A program made the translations under genes and the position numbers. Below, piece after piece: positions 19,801-27,853 of a stretch of DNA of 64,000 bases. Numbering within the stretch: position 1 is the first letter of the stretch; every line of letters starts with the position of its first letter. The notes beneath the pieces are model-generated. The model was not told the DNA's origin, did no database searches, and saw nothing but the letters and a program-made list of their open reading frames with translations. Origin of the DNA: a virus; the IMG/VR virus record IMGVR_UViG_3300021964_000045, positions 1-64,000 of that record. One strand, written 5' to 3'.

Positions 19801-21762
19801 CAAGCTGCAGGTACATACAATACTATTATTGGTACAGACTCAGATATAAATACTTCTGGAGCTACTATTATAGATAACATCTACGTTACTGATGGTGTAA
19901 TTACAAGCATGGGAACAAGAGTATTGACCTTAGCAAATTTAGGTTATACCGGTGCTACTAATGCAAACTACATAACAAATAACAATCAGTTAACAAACGG
20001 TGCAGGATACCTAACTTCTACAAACGACAGAAACTATATTACAGATAGTAGAGGTGGTTATAGACTTCCTTCTTATTATAATGACAGATATGCTCAATGG
20101 GATTTCCAAAGTAGTACAGATACTGCAGCCGGAGGTGATGAATGGCATGGTATTTTAACTGTATCCAAATGGTCAGCTTTTGATATAACCCATAGACAAG
20201 AACAATTATTATTTACTGGGGATAATTTAAAAAGAAGAACTGCATTAAGTGATAGTGAGTGGGGTGAAGTTAAAACTATTTGGGACTCTGGTAATATTAA
20301 TCCAATTGTTTCTGCTACTGTATCAAATGATACTACAACCTACACAAAGGCTGATGGTAGTACGTTTGCACTAACTACTTCAGATGCTAATAGCAATGTT
20401 TATGTAACAGGTGCTTCATTTAATACAGGTAATGGTGTACTAACATTAACTAGAAATTCAGGATCTGTTACAGTTGATCTTGATGGGCGCTACTTACAAA
20501 GTATTAGTTCATCAAATGTTACAACTGCTTTAGGTTATACTCCTTTGAGTACATCAGGTAAAGCTGCAGATTCAAACCTTTTAGATGGATTAGACTTAGC
20601 AACAGGTAGAAATAATGTAGCAAATCAAGTTGTAAGAACCAATTCAAGTGGTTACGCTGACTTTGGTTGGATTAACACAACATCTGGAAACACAACAGGT
20701 ACTCTTACAGATATATATGTAAACACTAATGATGGATACATAAGAAAAGCAACACCTGCTCATTTTAGAAGTCAGATTACTGATGGTGCTTATGACTCTA
20801 TAGGTTCAGCAGATGCTGTTAACGCTCGTATTGATAATGAAGTGTTACCAGCTATACCTATAAATAATAATCAGTTGACTAACGGGGCTGGATATATAAC
20901 ATCTTATGTAGATACAAACTACTACTTAAACGGAATTACTAAGAGTGGTAATACTTTAACATTCTCTGTAAACGGAACTACTAATCAGACCTACACATTT
21001 GGCGATGCTGCATTCCAAAACGCTGCGGCTATGACTGTAGCAGAAGCAGGTTATGCTTCAAGTGCAGGTGAAGCAAATTATGCTGAGAGTGCAGGTGCTG
21101 TAGATTGGGCGGCAGTGACAAGTAAGCCTACAATACCTACAAATAATAACCAATTAACAAACGGTGCAGGATATATTACATCTTATGTAAACACCACATA
21201 CTCAGCTGATGGTAATTATGGTATGACTTTATCTGGCACTACATTCAGATTAGAAGATGATAGAAGAAGAAACTCAACATCTACTGATATATATACAGGT
21301 AATACACATGATTTTACTTGGTATGATGCATCTGTAGGTATTAGATGGTATACTGCTGGTGCTGAAGATATGCGTTTGCAAGATAACGGTACACTTCATG
21401 TAGATGGTGATGTTATTGCTTATTCTAGTACAATATCTGATAAAAGACTTAAAGATGATGTTGTTACAATAACAAATGCTGTAGACAAAATTAAAGCATT
21501 AAGGGGAGTTGAATACACATGGAATGCAGGTACAAGAAAAGATAAAAGAGATCTTGGTCTTATAGCTCAGGAAGTTGAAGAAGTTTTACCAGAGATTGTG
21601 CATGAGCATGAAATGCCTCTTATGGAAGATGCTGAAGAAGGTACAGTTTACAAAACAGTTGATTATGAAAAAATTGTAGGTGTATTAATTGAAGGTATGA
21701 AAGAACAACAAGCGGAGATTGACTTATTGAAAGCAGAAGTAAAATTATTAAAAAGTAACTAA
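16870..21762 (+). CDS. long tail fibre with C-terminal peptidase S74 intramolecular chaperone
   Basis: Internal repeats (VDLDGR x5, NNNQLTNGAGY x4), GAPGALNTLNELAAAI, and a terminal SDKRLKDDV...GLIAQEVEEVLPE...VDYEK segment with coiled coil. Confidence 0.88.
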   Translation: MAIKILSSLELGNYQFSSEDGSNGQVLTTDGSGNVSFQSIPQSSNFYLNGASFNTGSGVLTLTVNGATNQTVDLDGRYALSSHVHDYDNYGSWSLKTNSVQRTTVQSGGTLDLIAGSNVALSYSAGGKVTISSTDTNDNTNHYVTGASFSTSNGILTLSRLGLGDLTVDLDGRFTDNGYADAMNQHVRVADSPTFRNLTLGGTANPRLDFNGSSDTGVDMSIVATPEGLDFIEPEQSDKIQFQIFDDGGVNSPFGYQWNGQSLDSRYAAASHEHPISEVAGLQEQLDGLQPAGSYLTNETLTELSISANVLTYKDEAGVTHDIDLSLYLDDSNLARLTSGTLNGSTGVATFTRSDSSTFTVDFSAFLADANNYADALSFSTSNGVLTLGRNGSLADLTVDLDGRYLTSLPSHNHNSLYDTIGSANEVNTRIDQEVLPAIDAKLDSSVNPIKAATVSNDTITFTRADNTTFNVTTSDANTWRGIHDTPVDGATAISISSNWAFDNVKKAVPSNAVFTDTNTQLTDAQVRSKFSAGSNVSISSSGVISSTDTNTDTNNYLSSASFNTTNGVLTLNRSGLGAVTVDLDGRYAYSSHNHTSLTGVTSIGFAAQSSDAASISTTISSTSTFFDFNLTDDNSNDWWRWRFTPSGSTVYDAMTLKPISNGRSDLTLSGVMYASGGNSGQWNQAVAWGNHALAGYTSNVGTLTGISTGTGLDGTWSSGSGTITLDLSELADKTDAIDASVDEIIMLDNGAERRKRFAEIFGSAAYVNTGSFDAAGSAAAVADELNLRIDNEVFSAIPTNNNQLTNGAGYITDGNTGWNNTYGFITDGNTNWNNTYGFITASSTDTLTNKSGNISQWTNDSGYITSIPSSYATDSEVDTKITTAINNLIDGAPGALNTLNELAAAIGDNSSYAASITTALAGKQAAGNYFTDGDTVINMANNDGFVYNDSTNRMYVKLDGSDKEIYHTGNFNPASYQAAGTYNTIIGTDSDINTSGATIIDNIYVTDGVITSMGTRVLTLANLGYTGATNANYITNNNQLTNGAGYLTSTNDRNYITDSRGGYRLPSYYNDRYAQWDFQSSTDTAAGGDEWHGILTVSKWSAFDITHRQEQLLFTGDNLKRRTALSDSEWGEVKTIWDSGNINPIVSATVSNDTTTYTKADGSTFALTTSDANSNVYVTGASFNTGNGVLTLTRNSGSVTVDLDGRYLQSISSSNVTTALGYTPLSTSGKAADSNLLDGLDLATGRNNVANQVVRTNSSGYADFGWINTTSGNTTGTLTDIYVNTNDGYIRKATPAHFRSQITDGAYDSIGSADAVNARIDNEVLPAIPINNNQLTNGAGYITSYVDTNYYLNGITKSGNTLTFSVNGTTNQTYTFGDAAFQNAAAMTVAEAGYASSAGEANYAESAGAVDWAAVTSKPTIPTNNNQLTNGAGYITSYVNTTYSADGNYGMTLSGTTFRLEDDRRRNSTSTDIYTGNTHDFTWYDASVGIRWYTAGAEDMRLQDNGTLHVDGDVIAYSSTISDKRLKDDVVTITNAVDKIKALRGVEYTWNAGTRKDKRDLGLIAQEVEEVLPEIVHEHEMPLMEDAEEGTVYKTVDYEKIVGVLIEGMKEQQAEIDLLKAEVKLLKSN
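19297..19390 (+). repeat. 36-nt coding tandem repeat (G[YF]ITDGNTxWNNTY, about 2.5 copies)
   Basis: Visible in both protein and DNA within the fibre gene. Confidence 0.75.
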
Positions 21763-21763
21763 T

Positions 21764-22663
21764 ATGCCACTTCAAGGATCAGGTCAAATAAGTATAAGTG
21801 ATATTAATGCAGAGCTTGGATTATCAAATTCAAATTCAAGTTTAAGAACTTTATCTGCTGATGCTGGATTTTCTACTCCAGATGCAATGTCTGAGTTTTA
21901 TGATTATAGTTCTAGTCCACCAGAAGTAAATGAATATTTTTGGGATTTTGTTGAAGATCAAAACGGTACTCGTTATTTAGCTAATTTTCCCAGCATTAGC
22001 CATACAGATAATTTTTCATTTAGTATGTGGGTACGGCCTTCATGGACGGCTACAGATATTAATGTTGTTTTGTTTGACTTCGTACAGGATACCAGTAATA
22101 GGTTTTTCCTAATTTATGACTACGGATTAAATAGATTTGTTTGGAGGTACAGGTCTGCCGGAGCTAATTTTGATAGACAGTGGAACCTAACAGGAGCTAA
22201 CAGTGCAGCTACAGGCTTGGGTACTAACTGGAGCGCAATAAATAGAGGACTCCGTAACGGATTTGATTTTGTACATCTTGCAGGGTCTTATGATGCTTCT
22301 CAAACTAATGCTTCTAATGCTTATAAGATATATTGGAACGGTGTAGAAATGCCTGTACAAGCAGTAGCAAACAGTAACGCAAAAAACGACTTTATTAAAG
22401 AGTCTTTATACATAGATGTTAACGGAACAAACAGTACTGCTGATAGAGATGCTGAATTTGATAATATTGCCTTCTGGAAAGGTAGGGTACTTTCTGCTGC
22501 TGATATCACAGCATTATACAATAACGGAACACCGGCTACAGCAGCATTTGTCAATCAAGAAAACAGTCTAGACTTTGAAGCCACCTTTGAAGAAGGAATA
22601 CCAGAGGATACTACTGGTAACTGGCAATTAGAGTACGCTGGAGGAAACCCAGAACCGTATTAA
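21764..22663 (+). CDS. fibre-associated protein with LamG/ConA-like lectin domain
   Basis: N-terminal MPLQGSGQISISDINAELG; LamG-like FSFSMWVRP, FVHLAGSYD, KIYWNG and FDNIAFW...LSAADITALYNNG. Confidence 0.75.
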   Translation: MPLQGSGQISISDINAELGLSNSNSSLRTLSADAGFSTPDAMSEFYDYSSSPPEVNEYFWDFVEDQNGTRYLANFPSISHTDNFSFSMWVRPSWTATDINVVLFDFVQDTSNRFFLIYDYGLNRFVWRYRSAGANFDRQWNLTGANSAATGLGTNWSAINRGLRNGFDFVHLAGSYDASQTNASNAYKIYWNGVEMPVQAVANSNAKNDFIKESLYIDVNGTNSTADRDAEFDNIAFWKGRVLSAADITALYNNGTPATAAFVNQENSLDFEATFEEGIPEDTTGNWQLEYAGGNPEPY

Positions 22664-22699
22664 AATTAACAAATATTTTTTTATTTAAATTTCTTTTGA

Positions 22700-22707
22700 T
22701 ATATTTG
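22700..22707 (+). promoter_or_regulatory. Bacteroidota -7-like element TATATTTG
   Basis: Exact TAnnTTTG match 22 nt upstream of the ATG at 22730. Confidence 0.45.
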
Positions 22708-22729
22708 TAGAAATTAATTTTATAATACC

Positions 22730-23014
22730 ATGGCAAAAGCAAAAAAATCAACACCAGCAGTAGAAAAGATTTCTGCTGAAGAATTAGAACAATTACAAGG
22801 TTTGCAAAAATCAATTGGATCAGCTTTAAACAGCTTATCAAATATTGAGATTGCAAAGTTTGAACTACTTAATGATCATTCTAGAATGAAAGCAGCAATG
22901 CAAGAACTTTCTGCTCAACTACAAGAAAAATATGGGGAAGTAAATATTTCTCTTATTGATGGAGTTATTTCAGAAGTACCTGCTCAAGAAGCTGAAATGG
23001 AAGTTGCTAAATAG
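22730..23014 (+). CDS. small coiled-coil protein, possible fibre assembly chaperone
   Basis: 94 aa helical with LQEKYGEVNISL; follows the fibre genes. Confidence 0.55.
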   Translation: MAKAKKSTPAVEKISAEELEQLQGLQKSIGSALNSLSNIEIAKFELLNDHSRMKAAMQELSAQLQEKYGEVNISLIDGVISEVPAQEAEMEVAK

Positions 23015-23084
23015 CATCACTTACATTTTTTAAATCCTATTTTATAACTTAAGTAATCATCTTCTTGTTTGATTACAAAAACTT

Positions 23085-23094
23085 TTGTATATTA
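23085..23094 (+). promoter_or_regulatory. TTGTATATTA promoter-like motif
   Basis: Repeated 10-mer; a TTG at 23065 lies 20 nt upstream of TATATTAT. Confidence 0.65.
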
Positions 23095-23138
23095 TATATA
23101 TATACAAGTAGGTTTTCTAAGTTGTAAAATAGGATTTT

Positions 23139-25304
23139 ATGTTACCAATAAAAAACGGAAGCACTTCACCGTGCTCAAATATATCTTCAAACTGTGTTGT
23201 TTGGCAAGGTCCAGACATTCCTTGCATAGGTTTGTGTAGTGGAGACACGGTTAGTGATGTTATTGCTAAGCTTGCAGAAAAATTATGTAATCTATTAGAA
23301 GCAGGTTCTCCTGATATAGATCTTTCAGGTTTAGATCTTGCTTGTGTATTACCGGAAGGTTCTAAGGCACCAGATGCATCACAAGATATTATACAACTTA
23401 TTATTGATTATGTGTGTGATATTGAAACAGGTACCATAGCTGGAGAGGTGTCACCAATAGAACTTTGTGATGAGTTAATTTATGAAGATCCTGCAACTGG
23501 ATTAGACGTAACTGAGCTACCACTAGCTGATTATGCAGCACTTCTTGGTGCTAAAATTTGTGATATAATTGAGAGTATTGATGTTATTAAGTTAACTCTT
23601 TTAGATTATGAATCAAGAATTACAATATTAGAAGAGTGTGTTGGTTTACCTTGTACAGAGACTGTAGATGAAGTAAATGTTGTTTCATCTTGTATTATAC
23701 CATCTGCTACAGTTCCTCACTCTACATTAACTTTAGCTTTAGAAACAAGATTTTGTAATTTAGAAGAAGCTATAGGTAGCCCTGCAATTATAGTAAATGC
23801 TGTCAATACAGCAGGTTGTATCACAGGCTCTGATTCTACGCTATCTCAAACAAGTACATATGGTAGTAATCCTGATTGGATTAATACACCAACAACTTTA
23901 ACACATTCTGTTCAAAATGCTTGGGTTGTACTATGTGATATGTATGCAGCTATACAAGATATACAACTGAACTGTTGTCCAGGTGGATGTGATTCTATTA
24001 TGTTTGATTATTCAGCATCTGTCAATAATGATGGTGCTGGTGTAGCAACTAGTATTTCTTTATTATTTACAGGTACATCACTAAGCTCTGGTTTTAGTGA
24101 TTGTGGTGGTTCTACCACAGTTACTTTGACTGATGTTAATGGTGCAACAAAAAGTTCTGTAGTAAGTGTAGCTGCTTTAGCAGGAACTACTACAGCTTCT
24201 GTAATACCAATTAGTCCTTTAAGTCCTTATGGGGATATAACAATTGAAGTTCCTTTTTGTGTAGAAGATGAAACAGATCAATGTAATGAAACTAAAATAA
24301 TTACATTACCAATCGGAGTTGTATGTCCAACAGATATAGCAGCAGAAAATGTTACAGCAACTGATGTAACTGTAACATTTACAAATGTACTTGGTTCTGG
24401 AGCATCCTATGTAATAGAAATATTGAAAGATGGTTTAGTTGTTCAGACAAGAACTGTAAACTCTCCAGCAGGTTCTGTGGCGGAAGTCTTTACAAGCTTA
24501 GATCCTAATGATGGATACACTATTAGAGTAACAGCATCTATAAGTGGACAATCAAGTACTTGTACAACTGTTTATTTTGTAACATTGACAGATGAACCTC
24601 CATGTGACTCTGGTATAGACCTGGCAATTATTATGGATTATACGGCTTCAATGTCATTACAAATAACTAATGCAAAAAGTGGAGCTGCGTCTTTAGTATC
24701 AACAGTAGCTCTAGAATCAGGATCAAATGCTTATAGAATGGGTCTTGTAATTACTGATGAAGTCCCTAATGGTGGTAATGTAACCTATTCAACTAATACA
24801 GAATATACATCATTACCAACTGCTCAAAAATATGTTAATACTGCAGGGACTCCTAATTCAGATATTTATATTACTGCAATGGAAATGTTTGGATCAAATA
24901 ATGGATTTCAGTTCCAAACTCAATTAAGCAAATTAGATAATACACTACCTTTGGGTCTCGGTGTTAATGGAGCAGAACCAATGGATATAGCATTAGATTT
25001 AGTTATAAATAATAATTTCCTTGGTTCATTTAGAAATAATATTGCTAAATATATTGTGATAATTACAGATGCCGAACCTAGTGGTACAGATGATGCCTAT
25101 AATTCTCCAGGAGGAGATAATGATGATGCATTTATTGCAACTTTGGAAACATCTTGTATTGCTCAAGGTATAAAAGTATTTGTATTGGGTACAGGTGCTA
25201 ATAATCAAGTATATAAAGATCTTGCAACAAATACAGGTGGATCATGGAATACTTCATTTGGAAGTGATTCAATTCAATCTGCTATTGAAAATGCATGTGA
25301 TTAA
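23139..25304 (+). CDS. Cys-rich structural protein with FN3-like and C-terminal vWA domains
   Basis: N-terminal SSNCVVWQGPDIPCI; FN3-like segment (VTATDVTVTF...FTSLDPNDGYTIRV); vWA MIDAS-like DLAIIMDYTASM and IVIITDAEP. Confidence 0.75.
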   Translation: MLPIKNGSTSPCSNISSNCVVWQGPDIPCIGLCSGDTVSDVIAKLAEKLCNLLEAGSPDIDLSGLDLACVLPEGSKAPDASQDIIQLIIDYVCDIETGTIAGEVSPIELCDELIYEDPATGLDVTELPLADYAALLGAKICDIIESIDVIKLTLLDYESRITILEECVGLPCTETVDEVNVVSSCIIPSATVPHSTLTLALETRFCNLEEAIGSPAIIVNAVNTAGCITGSDSTLSQTSTYGSNPDWINTPTTLTHSVQNAWVVLCDMYAAIQDIQLNCCPGGCDSIMFDYSASVNNDGAGVATSISLLFTGTSLSSGFSDCGGSTTVTLTDVNGATKSSVVSVAALAGTTTASVIPISPLSPYGDITIEVPFCVEDETDQCNETKIITLPIGVVCPTDIAAENVTATDVTVTFTNVLGSGASYVIEILKDGLVVQTRTVNSPAGSVAEVFTSLDPNDGYTIRVTASISGQSSTCTTVYFVTLTDEPPCDSGIDLAIIMDYTASMSLQITNAKSGAASLVSTVALESGSNAYRMGLVITDEVPNGGNVTYSTNTEYTSLPTAQKYVNTAGTPNSDIYITAMEMFGSNNGFQFQTQLSKLDNTLPLGLGVNGAEPMDIALDLVINNNFLGSFRNNIAKYIVIITDAEPSGTDDAYNSPGGDNDDAFIATLETSCIAQGIKVFVLGTGANNQVYKDLATNTGGSWNTSFGSDSIQSAIENACD

Positions 25305-25321
25305 GATAAAAAAATAAAAAA

Positions 25322-25882
25322 ATGAGTTGTAATTGTAATACATGTAAATCAAGTCCGTGTGGTTGTAAAGATCATAGTTTAACTACACCTTGTGGTTATA
25401 CTGACTGTAGTCCAGGTAATGAAAGATGTGATGATGTACAGTGTACTGAATGTGTTTCATATTGTGGATCTACATTTCAAGTTGAAACACCAGGTGGTAT
25501 TTTAAAAATAAATACCGGTGAAAGGCTTGATATGATTATACAAAAATTTAGTTTAATGATAGCTAATGGTTTAGGTGTTTGTACTGCAGATAATGTACAT
25601 CATGCACCTTATAACGTTTATGCTGAAGATATTACAGATACAAGCATAACTGCAGTTTGGGGTGGTATATCTTCTTTAAGTACAGCATTTAATGTTTATT
25701 ATGATACTGTGGTTAGTCCATCTGGTTGGGTTTTAGCTAACGCAACTCCATTGGCAACAGCAATAGATGATTTTAACATTACTTTATTAGCACCAAGTAC
25801 AGAATATAAAATTAAAATAGTATCCGTTTTAGGATCAACAACTTGTGATTCAGTTGAGATTTTGGTTACTACAACAGCATAA
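25322..25882 (+). CDS. Cys-rich protein with C-terminal FN3-like domain
   Basis: Dense Cys cluster in the first 50 aa; ITDTSITAVW...LAPSTEYKIKI resembles FN3. Confidence 0.65.
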   Translation: MSCNCNTCKSSPCGCKDHSLTTPCGYTDCSPGNERCDDVQCTECVSYCGSTFQVETPGGILKINTGERLDMIIQKFSLMIANGLGVCTADNVHHAPYNVYAEDITDTSITAVWGGISSLSTAFNVYYDTVVSPSGWVLANATPLATAIDDFNITLLAPSTEYKIKIVSVLGSTTCDSVEILVTTTA

Positions 25883-25957
25883 CAACAAGAAGTGGTGGTT
25901 TGTTGGTTTTCTACTACTAACGTTGGAGAGGGTCCCTACGGGGACCTTCTTTTTTTT
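25883..25957 (+). ncRNA. candidate structured 3'-UTR RNA (hairpin with 12-nt U/G loop plus terminator)
   Basis: CAAC/GTTG outer stem, AGTGGTGG/CTACTACT inner stem with two G-U pairs, and loop TTTGTTGGTTTT complementary to three translation-initiation regions. Confidence 0.45.
25927..25957 (+). terminator. intrinsic terminator
   Basis: AGAGGGTCCC-TACG-GGGACCTTCT followed by a T run. Confidence 0.9.
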
Positions 25958-26002
25958 ATACAATAAATTTTAATATATTTGGTAAACTTTTAAATATTTC
26001 TT

Positions 26003-27223
26003 ATGAGTAACTTAAAACAAAAAGTAAAAGATAGTTTAAGATGGAAAAAGCATCCAGCCATTAGTAGTGAAAGACTTGGTATAAGTGAAGAAGAATATAT
26101 TAAGATAAAAAAACAAATTTTGCAAGAAAGAAAAAAAGATAAAAAGCAAAATAATTTTTTTAACAAACTATCTAAAAATTCAGAAATAACAGAGGCCATA
26201 AATCTAGATAAAGGTGAAGGTAAGATATCAGGAACCTTCAACCATGAACCAAAGAGCGCAGAAGAGATAATTAAGTTATTGAAGATAGATATAAACAAAT
26301 GGAAACTATCTCAGTACTGGAATAAACAAATGGGTGATCATTGGAGAGTATCTGCTTTAGTATCTCAAGTTAAAAACTCTGAACAAAAGCTATTTGAAGA
26401 TTTACTAAAAAACTGGGAACCTAAAACGTATAGAATACCTTCATCTAAAATTAGCAAAGGAAATAAAGAAACTGTATGTGGTGTTATGTCACTTCAAGAT
26501 ATTCATTTTGGTAAAGAAGGTAATGATACAATTGATAAAGATTTTGAAGATACTATTATAAATTTAATGGAAAGAGCAACACCAGCTCATTACATTGAAA
26601 AAATGTATTTTGTTGTAGGAGGTGATTTAATCAACATGGATACTTTTGAGGGTACAACTACAAGCGGTACAGGTTTAGATAACTGTATGCCTGCCACAGA
26701 GGCTTATATGCAAGCGTTTGATGCAATGCATTGGGCAATTAATTATATTAGTGCTTTTTGTAAAGAATTGGTTGTTGTCTATGTACCAGGAAATCATGAT
26801 AGGCTTTCTTCATTTCATTTAGTTCATGCTTTATCTAAGTCCATAAAGTCAAGTAAAATAACCTGGGATGTTAAATATGAAGAAAGAAAAGTGCATGTAT
26901 ATGGTAACAACTTTAATGCATTTGAACATGGTGATAAGAGAAGTAAAAATAATCCTTTAATATATGCCAGTGAGTACCCAAAGCAATGGGGAACTACAAC
27001 TAACAGAACATTATTTAAGGGTCATATTCATACTGATAGACGAGTGGAATATATGACATCAAATGAAACAGCTGGATTTATAGAAAAAACATTACCAAGT
27101 TTAGGTAAAACAGATTACTACCATTACTCAAATAAATATGTTTGTAATAGAAGATCAGGAAAATTAGAACTTCAACACCCGTTAATGGGTAATATCTGTG
27201 AATTAACATATCAGGCAATATAA
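26003..27223 (+). CDS. calcineurin-like metallophosphoesterase with N-terminal extension
   Basis: All five motifs present: DIHFG, GDLIN, GNHD, HGD and GHIH. Confidence 0.88.
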   Translation: MSNLKQKVKDSLRWKKHPAISSERLGISEEEYIKIKKQILQERKKDKKQNNFFNKLSKNSEITEAINLDKGEGKISGTFNHEPKSAEEIIKLLKIDINKWKLSQYWNKQMGDHWRVSALVSQVKNSEQKLFEDLLKNWEPKTYRIPSSKISKGNKETVCGVMSLQDIHFGKEGNDTIDKDFEDTIINLMERATPAHYIEKMYFVVGGDLINMDTFEGTTTSGTGLDNCMPATEAYMQAFDAMHWAINYISAFCKELVVVYVPGNHDRLSSFHLVHALSKSIKSSKITWDVKYEERKVHVYGNNFNAFEHGDKRSKNNPLIYASEYPKQWGTTTNRTLFKGHIHTDRRVEYMTSNETAGFIEKTLPSLGKTDYYHYSNKYVCNRRSGKLELQHPLMGNICELTYQAI

Positions 27224-27225
27224 AG

Positions 27226-27262
27226 AACAGCAACTTATACTTTCATAAGTGCTGTTTTTTTT
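27226..27262 (+). terminator. intrinsic terminator
   Basis: AACAGC(A)ACTTAT-loop-ATAAGTGCTGTT followed by a T run. Confidence 0.8.
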
Positions 27263-27281
27263 GTAAATTAATAATATAAGT

Positions 27282-27848
27282 ATGATTAATAATTTTAATA
27301 AGCCTGACTTAAATGCCCCTAGATATAGGAGTAAAACGTTAGGTATACTAAATAAAGAAACATTTAAAGAATTTAAAGACAAGAGACCATTATACTCAAA
27401 CATAGATGATGATAAGTTAAAAAATATTATTAAGCTATATAACAGAGCATTATGGAAAGGAGTAATAGAACATAGAGACGGTGTAGAGTTACCAGATTCA
27501 TTAGGTTATATATTTATAGGAACATGTCCTCCGGCTAAGACTGTGAATATAGATTATTCTAAATCTAATGAATATGGTAAAGTTTTAAGAAATAAAAATT
27601 GGGATACGGACGGAAACATAGGAAAGATATTTTATACAAATTGGTCAACTAAATACAGATTTAAAAACAGAGAACTTTGGTCTTTTGTTGCCTGTAGAGA
27701 TTTTAAAAGATCAGTGGCTAAAGAATATCCTAAAAGTTGGACTAAGTATGTAAAGATGCAGAGCAAAATGAAAGTCTCTCATTTATATGATCCTAATTCA
27801 AATGATACTAAAGAAGCACTAAAGAACTATGATGAATTTGAAACATAA
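27282..27848 (+). CDS. IHF/HU-like protein of the crAss-like tail module
   Basis: Basic 188-aa protein with a helix followed by GVELPDSLGYIFIG (HU/IHF-like strand-turn); located before the tail tubular genes as in crAss-like phages. Confidence 0.5.
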   Translation: MINNFNKPDLNAPRYRSKTLGILNKETFKEFKDKRPLYSNIDDDKLKNIIKLYNRALWKGVIEHRDGVELPDSLGYIFIGTCPPAKTVNIDYSKSNEYGKVLRNKNWDTDGNIGKIFYTNWSTKYRFKNRELWSFVACRDFKRSVAKEYPKSWTKYVKMQSKMKVSHLYDPNSNDTKEALKNYDEFET

Positions 27849-27853
27849 ACATC

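Noticed and set aside
16870-21762. Fibre repeats as a CRISPR array or DGR template/variable repeat pair
   Set aside because: The repeats are in frame, irregularly spaced and diverge at synonymous positions rather than specifically at adenines. No cas or reverse transcriptase gene is in the window.
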